A stretch of 64,000 nucleotides of DNA from Planctomycetota bacterium (GCA_037129495.1 JBAXUW010000001.1:9970-73969), one strand, 5' to 3'. Positions 53,393 through 63,583 are shown, counted from the first letter of the stretch. Notes: generated by a model from the sequence alone, not told the origin. Made by a program: numbers and translations.

Positions 53393-54478
53393 TCAAATGA
53401 TGTATTCCGGGTCGGGAAGGAAAACCCGCACCTTACGGGGCGTGATCGTGACCCGTTCGCCCGGCTGTAAAGCCAATTCCCGGACCGTGTCCGAGGGCAT
53501 GTCAACGTGCAACTCGCTCTTGCTGCCGTCGGGCTGGCATGAGATCCGCGCTATCGCACCGCTCCGGGTGATCCGGAGCACACTGGCCGGCAGGCTGCCC
53601 GTGCCCTCGCTAGCGTCGGCGGGCTTGCTGGACGCGCGAGCGATGTCGAGCTCGTGGGGCCGCAGATAGACCTGGGCTGGCCGGGCCTGCGAGTGCGGAT
53701 AGTCCGGATAGGCGATTGGGATGCCGTGCCAGAAGGCCTGGCCCTTCTCGACGCGGCCGTGGAAGACGTTCACGTTGCCGAGAAAGTCCATCACAAACGG
53801 CGTGGCCGGATGCTCGAAGACTTCGTCGGGGGTGCCCCGCTGTTCGATCTTGCCACGGTTCATTACGACCACCTCGTCGGCCAGTTCAAAGGCCTCCTCC
53901 TGATCATGCGTGACGAAGACGCTCGTCATGCCGATCTCGTCGTGCAGCCGCCGCAGCCATTGGCGTAGCTCGACGCGGACCTTGGCGTCTAAGGCGCCGA
54001 AGGGCTCGTCGAGCAGCAGGATCTTTGGCCGGATGGCCAAGGCCCGCGCAAGAGCTACCCGCTGCCGCTGCCCGCCCGAGAGCTGCGCCGGCTTGCGGCC
54101 GCCGAGGCCGTCGAGCCGCACCAGATGCAGCAGTTCTTGAACCTTCGTCTCCACCTCGCGGTTCGGTATCTTGCGGATCCGAAGCCCGAAGGCGATGTTC
54201 TCGAACACGCTCATGTGCCGAAAGAGAGCGTAGTGCTGAAATACGAAGCCCACCTCCCGCTGTCTGGCATGGCGGTCGGTGATATCGGAGCCGTCCTCCT
54301 CGATGCGTCCTGAGTCGGGCCATTCGAGCCCAGCAATGATTCGCAGCAGGGTCGTCTTGCCGGATCCCGATGGACCGAGCAGCGCCAGGAGTGTGCCCTC
54401 CGGCACCTCGAGCGAGACGCTGTCGAGCGCCTTGAATGTTCCGAATGATTTCGAGACGTCACGGATGTGAATGCTCAT
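53393..54478 (-). CDS. cysA: sulfate/thiosulfate ABC transporter ATP-binding protein
   Basis: Walker [10 protein letters not shown], signature [15 protein letters not shown], Walker B LLLDEPF, and a C-terminal TOBE-like domain. It is last in the sbp-cysT-cysW-cysA order. Confidence 0.95.
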   Translation of the reverse strand: MSIHIRDVSKSFGTFKALDSVSLEVPEGTLLALLGPSGSGKTTLLRIIAGLEWPDSGRIEEDGSDITDRHARQREVGFVFQHYALFRHMSVFENIAFGLRIRKIPNREVETKVQELLHLVRLDGLGGRKPAQLSGGQRQRVALARALAIRPKILLLDEPFGALDAKVRVELRQWLRRLHDEIGMTSVFVTHDQEEAFELADEVVVMNRGKIEQRGTPDEVFEHPATPFVMDFLGNVNVFHGRVEKGQAFWHGIPIAYPDYPHSQARPAQVYLRPHELDIARASSKPADASEGTGSLPASVLRITRSGAIARISCQPDGSKSELHVDMPSDTVRELALQPGERVTITPRKVRVFLPDPEYII

Positions 54479-55398
54479 GCGACGGGGCCTTTCGTGGAAG
54501 TGGTCAGACTGGCGTCGTGCGGCGTGTTGTCGAGGGAATCGGGCAGTGACCGGGCGGCTGCCAGTGCGTGGGCCTCAGCCTCCATGTGGCGTTCGATCAC
54601 CACCTTGGCCACGAGCGTGACGAGCGCCAGCCCGGCCAACACGCTGGCCACCGCCATCGAGGCCGGCGTGCGGTATTCCTGGAAGAGTTTTTCGACCCGC
54701 AGCGGCATCGTGTCGGTGGCGCCGGCGATATGGCCGCTCACGACGTAGACCGCGCCGAATTCGCCCATGGCGCGGGCGTTGGCCAGCACGATGCCATGCA
54801 GCAGCGCCCAGCGGATGTTGGGAAGTGTGATCCGGGTGAACACCTGCCAGCCGCTGGCTCCGAGGCTCACGGCGGCCAGTTCCTCTTCCGGGCCAATCGC
54901 CTCCATCACCGGGATCAATTCGCGGACGACCAGCGGCAGCGTCACAAACGTCGTTGCCAGCACCAGCCCGGGCCAGGCAAAAATCACCTTCCAGCCGAGT
55001 GACTGCAGCATCGGCCCGAGCAGCCCCTGCCGGCCGAAGATCAGCACGAGAGCCAGTCCAGCCACGACCGGCGAGACCGAGAAGGGCACGTCGCAGAGCG
55101 TGATCAAGAGCGAGCGTCCCGGGAACCGAAATCGCGAGACCAGCCAGGCCGTGGCGATGCCAAACACGGTGTTGATCGCCACGGCAAGCGGAGCCACCGT
55201 CAGCGACAGCCAGATCGCATGCCGCGTGTCCGGATCGTGGGCGAGGGCCCGCCACCAGGCGGCCGGGCCTTCGGCAAACGCCTCGGCGAAGACGCTCGCC
55301 AGCGGCACGACGATGAGCAGGCCGACGACGCCGACGGCGGCGGCAATGAGCAGCCTTTCGGTGAGCGGGCTGGCGGAGGTGATCGTTGGTTGTGGCAT
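54475..55398 (-). CDS. cysW: sulfate ABC transporter permease
   Basis: Polytopic BPD-type permease, second permease in the operon, with a 4-nt overlap with the cysA start. It has a C-terminal ~40-aa hydrophilic extension. Confidence 0.85.
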   Translation of the reverse strand: MPQPTITSASPLTERLLIAAAVGVVGLLIVVPLASVFAEAFAEGPAAWWRALAHDPDTRHAIWLSLTVAPLAVAINTVFGIATAWLVSRFRFPGRSLLITLCDVPFSVSPVVAGLALVLIFGRQGLLGPMLQSLGWKVIFAWPGLVLATTFVTLPLVVRELIPVMEAIGPEEELAAVSLGASGWQVFTRITLPNIRWALLHGIVLANARAMGEFGAVYVVSGHIAGATDTMPLRVEKLFQEYRTPASMAVASVLAGLALVTLVAKVVIERHMEAEAHALAAARSLPDSLDNTPHDASLTTSTKGPVA

Positions 55399-55458
55399 GC
55401 TATTTGGGAGCGTTTGTTCGAGGGGTAGAAAAAGTCGTGGGGCTCGTGCGACGCCGGC

Positions 55459-56307
55459 CTACTGTGCGTTGCGGGCGACCCGCTGCTGCAGTCCATTGAC
55501 GATCACGAGCAGGGTGATCGACATCGCCAGCAGGACGACGGCGATGGCGGTCGCCTCTGCGTAGGCGAATTCCTCGAGCCGCGACACGATCAGCACCGGG
55601 GCGATTTCAGTCTTGAACGGCATGTTGCCCGAAATGAAGACAACCGCACCGTATTCGCCGAGCGCCCGGGCCAGCGCCAGAGCAAACCCGGTAATGACCG
55701 CCGGGAAGATGGCCGGCAGGATGACTCGCAGGAAGGTCTGCCTTCGGGAAGCTCCGAGCATCCGCGACGCCTCCTCGGTATCGCGGTCGAGGCTCTCGAG
55801 CACCGGTTGCACGACGCGAATCGTGAACGGCAGGCTCACGAACACAAGCACGAGCACGATGCCCAGCCACGAATAGGCGGCCTGGACCCCCATCGGCACG
55901 AGGAACCGTCCCAGCCAGCCCCGCTCCACGTAGAGCGTCGAATAGACGAGCCCCGCGACGGCTGTGGGCAGCGCAAGTGGCACGTCGACGAGTGAATCGA
56001 GCAGGCGTCGGCCAGGAAAATTGATCCGCACGAGAACCCAGGCGACCAGCAGGCCGCAGACAGAACTTGCGATCGCCGCCGTCAGCGAAGCGCCCAATGA
56101 CACCGCATAGGCCGCGCGGGCCCGCGGTGTCCATGCCGCCGCGAGGAATTCGGTCGGCCCGAGCGATGCCGCCCGCAGTCCAAGCACGGCCAGCGGAACG
56201 ATCACCATCGCCGTGATCATCAGCGTCGTGATCGCGGCGCTCATGCCAAACCCCGGGAGCACGGAGCGTCGCCGCGCGGTCTGGCGAGCGGGTGTGGGCA
56301 TGTTCAT
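55459..56307 (-). CDS. cysT: sulfate ABC transporter permease
   Basis: BPD-type permease with an EAA-like loop (EEASRMLGASRRQTFLRVILP), first permease after the binding protein. Confidence 0.85.
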   Translation of the reverse strand: MNMPTPARQTARRRSVLPGFGMSAAITTLMITAMVIVPLAVLGLRAASLGPTEFLAAAWTPRARAAYAVSLGASLTAAIASSVCGLLVAWVLVRINFPGRRLLDSLVDVPLALPTAVAGLVYSTLYVERGWLGRFLVPMGVQAAYSWLGIVLVLVFVSLPFTIRVVQPVLESLDRDTEEASRMLGASRRQTFLRVILPAIFPAVITGFALALARALGEYGAVVFISGNMPFKTEIAPVLIVSRLEEFAYAEATAIAVVLLAMSITLLVIVNGLQQRVARNAQ

Positions 56308-57446
56308 GTGCCACCCTGTTTTTTTGCCTGATTGCCAGCTTGCTTTGCAGGCTGCTTGTCAGGCTGGGGCTGGTAGATGGCATCGAACACGCCGCCTTCG
56401 CCGAAGAATTTCTTCATGGCGTTGTTCCAGTCGCCGGCGACGAAAGCGATATCGAAGGTCTCGATTTCAGGCCAGGTCTCGCCCGCGGCGGGGGGCGGTG
56501 GAGTGTCACCCCAAGGCCTCAGGTGATGGCTGGCGATGATCGCCCTGCCCTCGGGGGAATAGAGGAATCCGAGGTAGGCCTCAGCGGCATGCCGTGAGGC
56601 TTTGCGGTCGGCATTCTGGTCGACCACGGCCACGGGCGGGTCGACCCGGATCGATCGCTTGGGGTAGACAATCTCGAGTTCTCCCTTCGATTCGTTCACC
56701 TCCAGGTGGGCCTCCTGCTCAAATGTGAGGTGCACGTCGCCGATCCCCTTTTGCGAAAAAGTAGCGGTGGCGGCCCGGGCGCCGGTGTCGAGTACGGGGG
56801 TGCGGCGATAGATCGCCGACACAAATTTCTCCGCGTCTGCCTCGCTGCCACCGGCCGCCAGAATCGCGCCCCAGGCTGCGAGAAAGCTATATTTCCCGTT
56901 GCCCGAGGTCTTGGGGTTGGGCGTGATGATCGAGATGTTGCCGTGATCGAGGTCCGGCCAGTCAGCGATCTTCTGCGGATTGCCCTTGCGGACAACAAAG
57001 ACAACGACTGAGTGATAAGGAAGCGAGTTATTGTCGTAGCGTTTCTGCCAGTCGGCCCGGATCAGGCCGCTCTTGGCAATCGCTTCGACATCGGGCCAGG
57101 TGGCAAGAGTGACAACATCGGCGTCGAGCCCGTCGATCACCGCGCGAGACTGACTGCCCGAGGCGGCATGCGACTGCTTGACCGTGACGATCGTGCCGTG
57201 CTGCTCCTCGTAGTGCTTTGCGAAAGCGACGTTGATATCGCGATAGAGTTCGCGAGTTGGGTCGTAGGAGACATTGAGCAGTTCGACAGCCTTGGGGCGA
57301 CTGGCCCCGTCGGAAGAAGAAGTGTTTGAGCTGGAGCATCCGGTGAAGGCGGCGACCAGCAGCAGGGCAAGGCCTGACGCCAACGGGATGGCAGAGAAAA
57401 AAGCCCGCTTTGAACGTTGCATTGCAGACCGCCTTGGGAGTGTCAT
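56304..57446 (-). CDS. sbp: sulfate-binding periplasmic lipoprotein
   Basis: Start trimmed to ATG 57446 (or 57422), because the track ORF to 57548 runs into AT-rich non-coding-looking sequence. Lipobox AAFTGC. Colinear by eye with Sbp/CysP (LLNVSYDPTRELY, SGSQSRAVIDGL, ITPNPKTSGNG). Confidence 0.85.
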   Translation of the reverse strand: MTLPRRSAMQRSKRAFFSAIPLASGLALLLVAAFTGCSSSNTSSSDGASRPKAVELLNVSYDPTRELYRDINVAFAKHYEEQHGTIVTVKQSHAASGSQSRAVIDGLDADVVTLATWPDVEAIAKSGLIRADWQKRYDNNSLPYHSVVVFVVRKGNPQKIADWPDLDHGNISIITPNPKTSGNGKYSFLAAWGAILAAGGSEADAEKFVSAIYRRTPVLDTGARAATATFSQKGIGDVHLTFEQEAHLEVNESKGELEIVYPKRSIRVDPPVAVVDQNADRKASRHAAEAYLGFLYSPEGRAIIASHHLRPWGDTPPPPAAGETWPEIETFDIAFVAGDWNNAMKKFFGEGGVFDAIYQPQPDKQPAKQAGNQAKKQGGT

Positions 57447-57705
57447 GGTGCTTGGGGGTGGAGCCACTGGTTTCGAGTAGAATCCACAGACTTCTAACAG
57501 ATAAATATAAAGATCGTCAACTTTGTAATGTATTCTTGAATTAAACACGTAAGTAGTTTTCTTGAAAGGGTTTGCGTCGAAAAAAAACTTGATCAGAAGA
57601 GGTTTGCTGGGGCTAAAACCTGAGCAAGAAGATCTTCTGCGATATATTCACGAAGGCCGGTACGGCAGATTCCCCCGATAAACCCCGCTTCAGGAGTAGT
57701 CCGTC

Positions 57706-58311
57706 ATGATTGATCAGTTGCTCGAAGGCAACCGGCAGTTCGTCGAAAACGAGTATCGCCCGAATGCCGACTACTACCGCACGATCGCCAATCGGCAGAC
57801 GCCGAAGGTGCTCTGGATCGGCTGCTCCGACTCCCGTGTCAGCGAGCACCAGATGACCGGCTCGAAGCCGGGCACGATGTTTGTGCATCGCAACGTCGCC
57901 AACATCATCGCTTTTAACGATGTCAACATCTCATCGATTCTCGAATATGGCGTCGTGCACCTGAAGATCGAAGACATCATTGTCTGCGGCCACACCCGCT
58001 GCGGCGGCATTGCCGCGATCGAGGATGGCGTTCACGAAAATTACATTTCCGACTGGCTCTGCATAGCTTCGGGGGCCAAGGTGATCGCCGATCGCGTGGC
58101 AGCCGAACGTGGACTGTCGCGGGATGAGAAGCTGGAGTTACTGACGGCTGAGAACGTCAAACTCCAGATCAGGCACCTCCAGAATCTCGCCCTCATTAAA
58201 AACCAGCATGCGAAGGGCCCGTTGCCGCGGATCCACGGCTGGCTCTATCGCGTGGAAGACGGCACAATCGAGGTGCTGGTCGACGGTCGCAAGGCTACGG
58301 CGAAGGCGTAG
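57706..58311 (+). CDS. beta-class carbonic anhydrase
   Basis: AGGAG sits 9 nt upstream of the ATG. Zinc-site motifs CSDSR and HTRCGG. Confidence 0.9.
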   Translation: MIDQLLEGNRQFVENEYRPNADYYRTIANRQTPKVLWIGCSDSRVSEHQMTGSKPGTMFVHRNVANIIAFNDVNISSILEYGVVHLKIEDIIVCGHTRCGGIAAIEDGVHENYISDWLCIASGAKVIADRVAAERGLSRDEKLELLTAENVKLQIRHLQNLALIKNQHAKGPLPRIHGWLYRVEDGTIEVLVDGRKATAKA

Positions 58312-58474
58312 CGTTTTTCGGCCTGTTTTCTGAATACGGGGCGAAACTGTCCCCAGCTGTCAGTTTCTTACAAAGCGGGCAGATTCTAATTTGGCTGTGG
58401 CCGGATTGGTCCGGAAGCCGACTTCGCCCATAGAATGAGGAGTTGTCAAAACCGAGTCAAAAGGATGGCCAATC

Positions 58475-58753
58475 GTGACCCACTTTAGAACGTTATTGAT
58501 GGCGTCGGCCATCGTGTCCGCCGGACTTATCACCCAGCAAGCAGTGGCCCAGCAGGTGGTGTCAAAACCAACCGTGCAAGCTGTGCAACCAGTCCCTGCG
58601 GAGGCGAGGGTAGTTCAGCCGACTCGCTCCTACCGCAGTTACTCGGTGAATCCGACCCGAGGTGACGTACGGCGGAACGGGCCGCACAGAGGCGAAGCGA
58701 CCTGGCGGCATGCCGGATCAAAATCTGTCGGCCACTACGGCACGGGCCGCTGA
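58475..58753 (+). CDS. small secreted hypothetical protein
   Basis: GTG start, with signal-peptide-like LLMASAIVSAGLITQQAVA/QQ. No family recognised, so coding status is uncertain. Confidence 0.35.
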   Translation: MTHFRTLLMASAIVSAGLITQQAVAQQVVSKPTVQAVQPVPAEARVVQPTRSYRSYSVNPTRGDVRRNGPHRGEATWRHAGSKSVGHYGTGR

Positions 58754-58809
58754 ACATGACTCCACAAAATTTGGAGCGGAAGCAGATGGACTATGAACAT
58801 CCACCGCCG

Positions 58810-59694
58810 CTAACGTTTGGATAAACCAAGGGAGTTGATGGAAGCCACCTCCTTCCAGGCGGATGAGACGGAAGCCAAAGAATGAATCGAGTAGTGCCGG
58901 TAGAGAGACGCCGCTATGCCATCCACATCAATGTCATCAAGAAACCGGACGAATGTTGCCGCGTCTCGGCGGGCTATCAACCAGCGGACCAAGGCCGCGC
59001 TTTGACCGTAGAAGACTCGCTGACGGCCGCCGTCGTCTGGATAGTCTTCAAGAGTCAGCAGTTCCTCAGCAGACCAAGCCATGCCGCGGCGGCGGGCAGC
59101 CTGAAAATCAGCCTCATGAGCCCGCTGTTTCTCGGGAGAATCGAAGAGCAATGCGACGCCTTCGTCGGCCCAGCGGGGGGGCGGAGCAAGTGAAAAATGG
59201 TCGGCGAGCACGACATGCACAAGCTCATGATTTATAGCATCGGGCACGATCTCAGGGCCATCTCCCACGACATCAATCCGCCGGGAGAGTACGCGGTCGC
59301 CAGCAAACTCAAGCGAGGTGGCGCCGCGGGCGTCGATGGGCGATCCGCCTACGGCAGCGGCGAAGGACTCGGGCGTGGTATGCACGTGGATGACGCAGCG
59401 CACTCTCCACGGTCGTGGAGACTCTTCTCCAAGCAGTGCGGCGAAGGCCTCCCGTCGCATCGCTTCGGCATGCTCGCGGATGGCTCGGCCACGGGCATCG
59501 CTGGTGCCACGCACCACGACGCTGCTGGTGTCAAGATGCTCTGCAGACCATGCAGGTACGTTCAACACCGTCCCGGTGAGCAAGACGAGCAGCATTGGTA
59601 GCGACCGAACCTTCACGGTCTTCGACACGACGCAGGCCCGCTTCTCTGACGCTGCAGGAAGCGGTACCTTCTGTGGATTCGGCAGACGTTGCAT
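58810..59694 (-). CDS. secreted MA-clan (HExxH) metallopeptidase-like protein
   Basis: Signal peptide (alternative start M34 at 59595), zinc motif INHELVHVV, and a downstream acidic WADEGVALLF. Confidence 0.6.
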   Translation of the reverse strand: MQRLPNPQKVPLPAASEKRACVVSKTVKVRSLPMLLVLLTGTVLNVPAWSAEHLDTSSVVVRGTSDARGRAIREHAEAMRREAFAALLGEESPRPWRVRCVIHVHTTPESFAAAVGGSPIDARGATSLEFAGDRVLSRRIDVVGDGPEIVPDAINHELVHVVLADHFSLAPPPRWADEGVALLFDSPEKQRAHEADFQAARRRGMAWSAEELLTLEDYPDDGGRQRVFYGQSAALVRWLIARRDAATFVRFLDDIDVDGIAASLYRHYSIHSLASVSSAWKEVASINSLGLSKR

Positions 59695-59934
59695 CGGAAA
59701 CTGCTCCCCACATCGGCTGATTGTGAGTGCTTTAGTTGCGTTGGCAGTTGCGGGACACTGAAGGTGGTTGCACGTGGCGTGCCAAACGACCTCTGGCTTA
59801 GAGCGAGGCTGCTTGAAAGCGGTGTTTGCCCAAAAAACGCAGGTGCGCTCTGGCGGGCGGGCTCGGGAGCACGGCCCGCCTGCTCAAAAAAAGGGCAGGG
59901 ACTGCTGCAGCCGGGGGCAAAGCAACACGGAATT

Positions 59935-59964
59935 GGACAGGTTGGAAAACTTATCCCACGGGGG
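59935..59964 (-). repeat. box half-copy upstream of the HDAC-like gene
   Basis: ggacaggttggaaaacttatcccacggggg matches the 3' arm of the palindromic repeat, with the box restored to ..cttatcccac. Confidence 0.75.
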
Positions 59965-60001
59965 AGAGAGACCGGCGGCGGCAGCCAGTTAGAATTCACG
60001 C

Positions 60002-60955
60002 ATGCGACTCTTTCCCTGCGACCGCTATCGGCTGCCGCTGCCGGATGGGCACCGGTTTCCGATCGATAAATACACGCTTCTCAGGCGCCGGCTCGAACAG
60101 CATGCCCGAGCGGGGGCGGCGCTTGAGTTCATTGAACCGCATGCCGCCACCGACGAGGAATTGTTCCGGGTGCACGGCCGCGAGTATCTCGGCCGCGTGA
60201 TGTCAGGCACTCTCTCCCAAGACGAGGTGCGGCGGATCGGGTTTCCCTGGAGCCAGGAACTGGTGAACCGGTCGCTGCGTAGCACCGGCGCCGCTGTCGA
60301 TGCGGCAGCCGCGGCCCTCGAGGATGGCGTCGCCGCCAGCCTGGCCGGGGGCACGCACCATGCGGGCACCGACTGGGGCGAGGGCTTCTGCGTCTTCAAT
60401 GACACGGCCGTGGCGGCGCGGGAAATGCAGGCCCGGGGCGCGGTGGAGAAGGTGCTGATCCTCGACTGCGACGTTCATCAGGGGAATGGCACGGCTGAGA
60501 TCTTTGCAAGCGACTCGACCGTGTTCACGATGTCGATTCACGGCGCCCGCAACTTCCCGCTGCGGAAATTTCCCAGCTCACTCGATGTGCCGCTGAAGGA
60601 TGGGACTGGGGATGACGAATATCTGCGGGTTTTAGCTGCGGCACTGGCGGAGTCGTTTGCCCGGGCGAGTGCCGATCTCGTGCTCTACATCGCTGGCGCC
60701 GATCCCTACGTGGAAGACAGACTTGGCCGGCTCGGGCTTTCGAAGGCAGGGCTGCTCGACCGCGACCGGATGGTGCTCGCGGCGGCGCGGGCTGCGAACA
60801 CGCCCGTGGGAATCGTCTGCGGGGGCGGTTATTGCCAGGATTTGGAGGCGATCGTCGACATCCATGCCGCAACGATGCTCCTCGCGGCAGGCCATCTCGA
60901 GGCGAAACTGCCGTCTGAAACTGACGCTGAGGTTGGGATTTCGGGCCGCCGCTGA
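60002..60955 (+). CDS. histone deacetylase-family (arginase-fold) deacetylase
   Basis: GGTHHAG catalytic His pair, FCVFND, metal-binding LDCDVHQGNGT, and a later GADPY block. Confidence 0.85.
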   Translation: MRLFPCDRYRLPLPDGHRFPIDKYTLLRRRLEQHARAGAALEFIEPHAATDEELFRVHGREYLGRVMSGTLSQDEVRRIGFPWSQELVNRSLRSTGAAVDAAAAALEDGVAASLAGGTHHAGTDWGEGFCVFNDTAVAAREMQARGAVEKVLILDCDVHQGNGTAEIFASDSTVFTMSIHGARNFPLRKFPSSLDVPLKDGTGDDEYLRVLAAALAESFARASADLVLYIAGADPYVEDRLGRLGLSKAGLLDRDRMVLAAARAANTPVGIVCGGGYCQDLEAIVDIHAATMLLAAGHLEAKLPSETDAEVGISGRR

Positions 60956-61018
60956 GCCTGCTACCGTCTGGCCCCCTCTCTCGCCCAATCCTCTCTCCCA
61001 GTCGGAGGCGGGTGCGCC

Positions 61019-63583
61019 ATGCGTCGCGGTCACAATCGGCATCTTTCAGGCAGGAAAAAGTCTTGGATGGTGGGGATTTTCTGCGGGGCCGTGGCCACGT
61101 TGGGCCTCGCTAGGGCGTTGGCCGAGCCTGTCGGTCGCATCGGCGCGGCCGATCGGCTCGTTGTTCGCGGCCTGCAACAGATCAATCCGGAGCAATTGCG
61201 GCAGTCGCTCATTGATGACGCCGACCTCATTTGGCTCTCCCGCCCCCATGCCGATCGCGAGCGGTTCGTGTCGGCGTTCGTCCGCAAGGCAACGCTGGCG
61301 ATTGAGCGGGCCGGGTATGCCTCGCCCGATGTGCAGGCTGCAATCGAATCATCCGATGGTGTCGAGCGGCTCGTACTCACGGTGACCGAGGGGCCGCGGT
61401 TTGAGGCCGGGGCGGTCAAGGTGACGGGGGTGGACGACGAACTGGCCGCGCGGCTCGTGCGGCAGCTCACGGAGCGAATGTCATCCCATGATTCAGATGA
61501 CCCGCATGACCCGCATGACCCACCCGATCCGCCGCTGTGGCTGGCAGGCAGCCCGGCCCCGTGCGATGCCGTTGCAGTTCACGAGATTCGCATTGCAGTG
61601 GCCAGGTTCCTCCGCGATGAGGGCTATCTTTCGATCGCGCCGGTGATCGATCGGCGCATGTCTGCAAGGCTGCCAGGCGGAGGATCATTAACGACTCGAT
61701 CGACACAGATCGATACCGCGGGCACTCAGGCCGGGTTTGATGTCAGCATCAGCCTAGGCGATCGCAGCGCAGATCTCATAATCGCGATCCACGATCTGCC
61801 GCCAAAGGGAGTGCTGCGAGGGATAGAGCTGCCAGCGGACTGCAGGACGAGCGACCGCGATCTCATGCAGTATCTCGGTATTGAGATTGACGCGGCTGTC
61901 ACCGAGCGAGATCGGCTGGCATGGCGGGAACGCCTGCGTCAGTCCGGTCGGTTCGTCCGGCATGAGATTGATTTTTATGCCGACCCGGAGGATCCTGCAG
62001 CGGTGGTGGCCCGCTTTGACTTCGAGGAATATCGGGCGGCCACGCCCCTGTCGCAGCCGCTCTCTCGGGAAGAGGCCACCATGCTCCGCTGCCGTGACTG
62101 GCTGGTGAAGGCCATGAACCGCGGCGATGACTTCGTGATCGATGTCGCCCGCTCGCAGGCCAAGGTGGCCCAGATTTTGATCTCGGCGACAAATGGTTTT
62201 CTACTTGTAGCGATGCCCAACGGGGATCAGTCTTGTGGCCTAGCGGTGAGCGGCACGGCGGTGAGCCTGTTGCCAGCGGGCGGGGCAGGGCGGTTGGATG
62301 TGCCGCTGCCGACGTTTGGTCGCCTCACGGCGACTCTGGGGCTGTCGCTGGTCCGTGATCGGGCGTCTACCGCGTCGGCGTCGCGATACAACCTGAGCCG
62401 CACCATGGGCTACAGCTTCAAATCTGGAACTAAAAACGCTCCGACAGCGTTTGTGGCCAAGTTGCAGTTTGAACCGGTCGCCTGTCTCGCCATGGTGCAC
62501 GAGGGCAGTCCGAACGTCCGCTTCGAAGGAGAGACGCTCGTGATCGAGTCAGCCAGCGCGGCCAGTCGGATCGACAGCGTGTCTGGCCGGCCGCTGCGAT
62601 TGAGCGTTTCTGGTTGCGAGCTGTCGATTGATGCCAGGCGAGCGGCTCTGGACGGCGAGTTGGATCGCCTGCGCGCGGTGGCCGGTCCAAATATCGCCCA
62701 GCCCGATCAGCTCATCACATCGGCAGTCAAGTTTCTCCTGTCGGGCGATGTGGCCGCAGCATGTGGCCGGATCGCTGATGCGGCCGACTTTGCGGATGAT
62801 GCTCGAGCAGGCTGGGAGGCAGGGCTGCTGCAGACAATAGTCGCTGTTCAGCAGTGCCTCGACGATGGCGGGCTCTCAGAGTGTGATAGTCTCCTAGCGG
62901 CTGCGTCGGAAGTCAGTAATCCAGTGAAGCAGGTGGAGCCACTCCAGATCCCATCAGAAGACGATCCGACCACCGCGGCTGCCGTGCACAAGGCCCTCAC
63001 GCGTAAGGTGGCCGCGATCATCTGGCGGTTTACAGAGGAGCATTGCGGTCGTAACTCCTGGCCCGCGGCGCTCGTCAGCGCCGGAGCCTGCGGGCTGGTG
63101 GGCGATGCTGCACTCCTCGACGAACTCACGGAGTTTATGGCGGACGACGACTACGGTCCGCTGGCCCACGTTGTCGCCGCGTCGTTCACGCCCGTGCCGC
63201 TGGTGGCCATGTCGCTGGCCCGCCGCGGTCAGGATCGGCTCTCTACGGTTGCTTTTCACACCGACTGCCATCCCCTCCTCGTGGTGGCCGACTCTTACGG
63301 CCTCGACGAGTGTCTTGTGTCAATCCTGCGGGCGATCGATGACGACACGGCCCGCAAGATCGGCCAGATAGTATGCGGTGTGCCGGAGATCCTCCTGCCG
63401 CTCTTGCACGGGCTGCAGGCTCATTCCAATCGCGAAGACGCCGTCGCAGGGCTTCAGGCAGCACTCGATGTCTGGTGGGCGGAAGGCCTACGAGCGCTGG
63501 TGGCGGCGCGACTCGCTGCCGTTGCGACGCCGCGGACGGCAGCGGCCCCCGGCACGGGGAACGCTCCGCCGGTGAAGAAATAG
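61019..63583 (+). CDS. large secreted hypothetical protein with N-terminal POTRA-like repeats and an alpha-rich C-terminal region
   Basis: Signal-like N-terminus. LVVRGLQQINPEQLRQSL...VERLVLTVTEGPRFEAGAVKVTGV follows the POTRA pattern (x-I-x-V-x-G..........V-x-E-G-x-x-x-x-x-x-I-x-x-x-G). Two further looser repeats follow. I did not see C-terminal beta-barrel periodicity. Confidence 0.55.
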   Translation: MRRGHNRHLSGRKKSWMVGIFCGAVATLGLARALAEPVGRIGAADRLVVRGLQQINPEQLRQSLIDDADLIWLSRPHADRERFVSAFVRKATLAIERAGYASPDVQAAIESSDGVERLVLTVTEGPRFEAGAVKVTGVDDELAARLVRQLTERMSSHDSDDPHDPHDPPDPPLWLAGSPAPCDAVAVHEIRIAVARFLRDEGYLSIAPVIDRRMSARLPGGGSLTTRSTQIDTAGTQAGFDVSISLGDRSADLIIAIHDLPPKGVLRGIELPADCRTSDRDLMQYLGIEIDAAVTERDRLAWRERLRQSGRFVRHEIDFYADPEDPAAVVARFDFEEYRAATPLSQPLSREEATMLRCRDWLVKAMNRGDDFVIDVARSQAKVAQILISATNGFLLVAMPNGDQSCGLAVSGTAVSLLPAGGAGRLDVPLPTFGRLTATLGLSLVRDRASTASASRYNLSRTMGYSFKSGTKNAPTAFVAKLQFEPVACLAMVHEGSPNVRFEGETLVIESASAASRIDSVSGRPLRLSVSGCELSIDARRAALDGELDRLRAVAGPNIAQPDQLITSAVKFLLSGDVAAACGRIADAADFADDARAGWEAGLLQTIVAVQQCLDDGGLSECDSLLAAASEVSNPVKQVEPLQIPSEDDPTTAAAVHKALTRKVAAIIWRFTEEHCGRNSWPAALVSAGACGLVGDAALLDELTEFMADDDYGPLAHVVAASFTPVPLVAMSLARRGQDRLSTVAFHTDCHPLLVVADSYGLDECLVSILRAIDDDTARKIGQIVCGVPEILLPLLHGLQAHSNREDAVAGLQAALDVWWAEGLRALVAARLAAVATPRTAAAPGTGNAPPVKK

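Noticed and set aside
57447-57548. N-terminal extension of the sulfate-binding protein ORF to 57548 (MFNSRIHYKVDDLYIYLLEV..).
   Set aside because: The extension lies in AT-rich promoter-like DNA and precedes a complete lipoprotein signal peptide that starts at the ATG 57446/57422.
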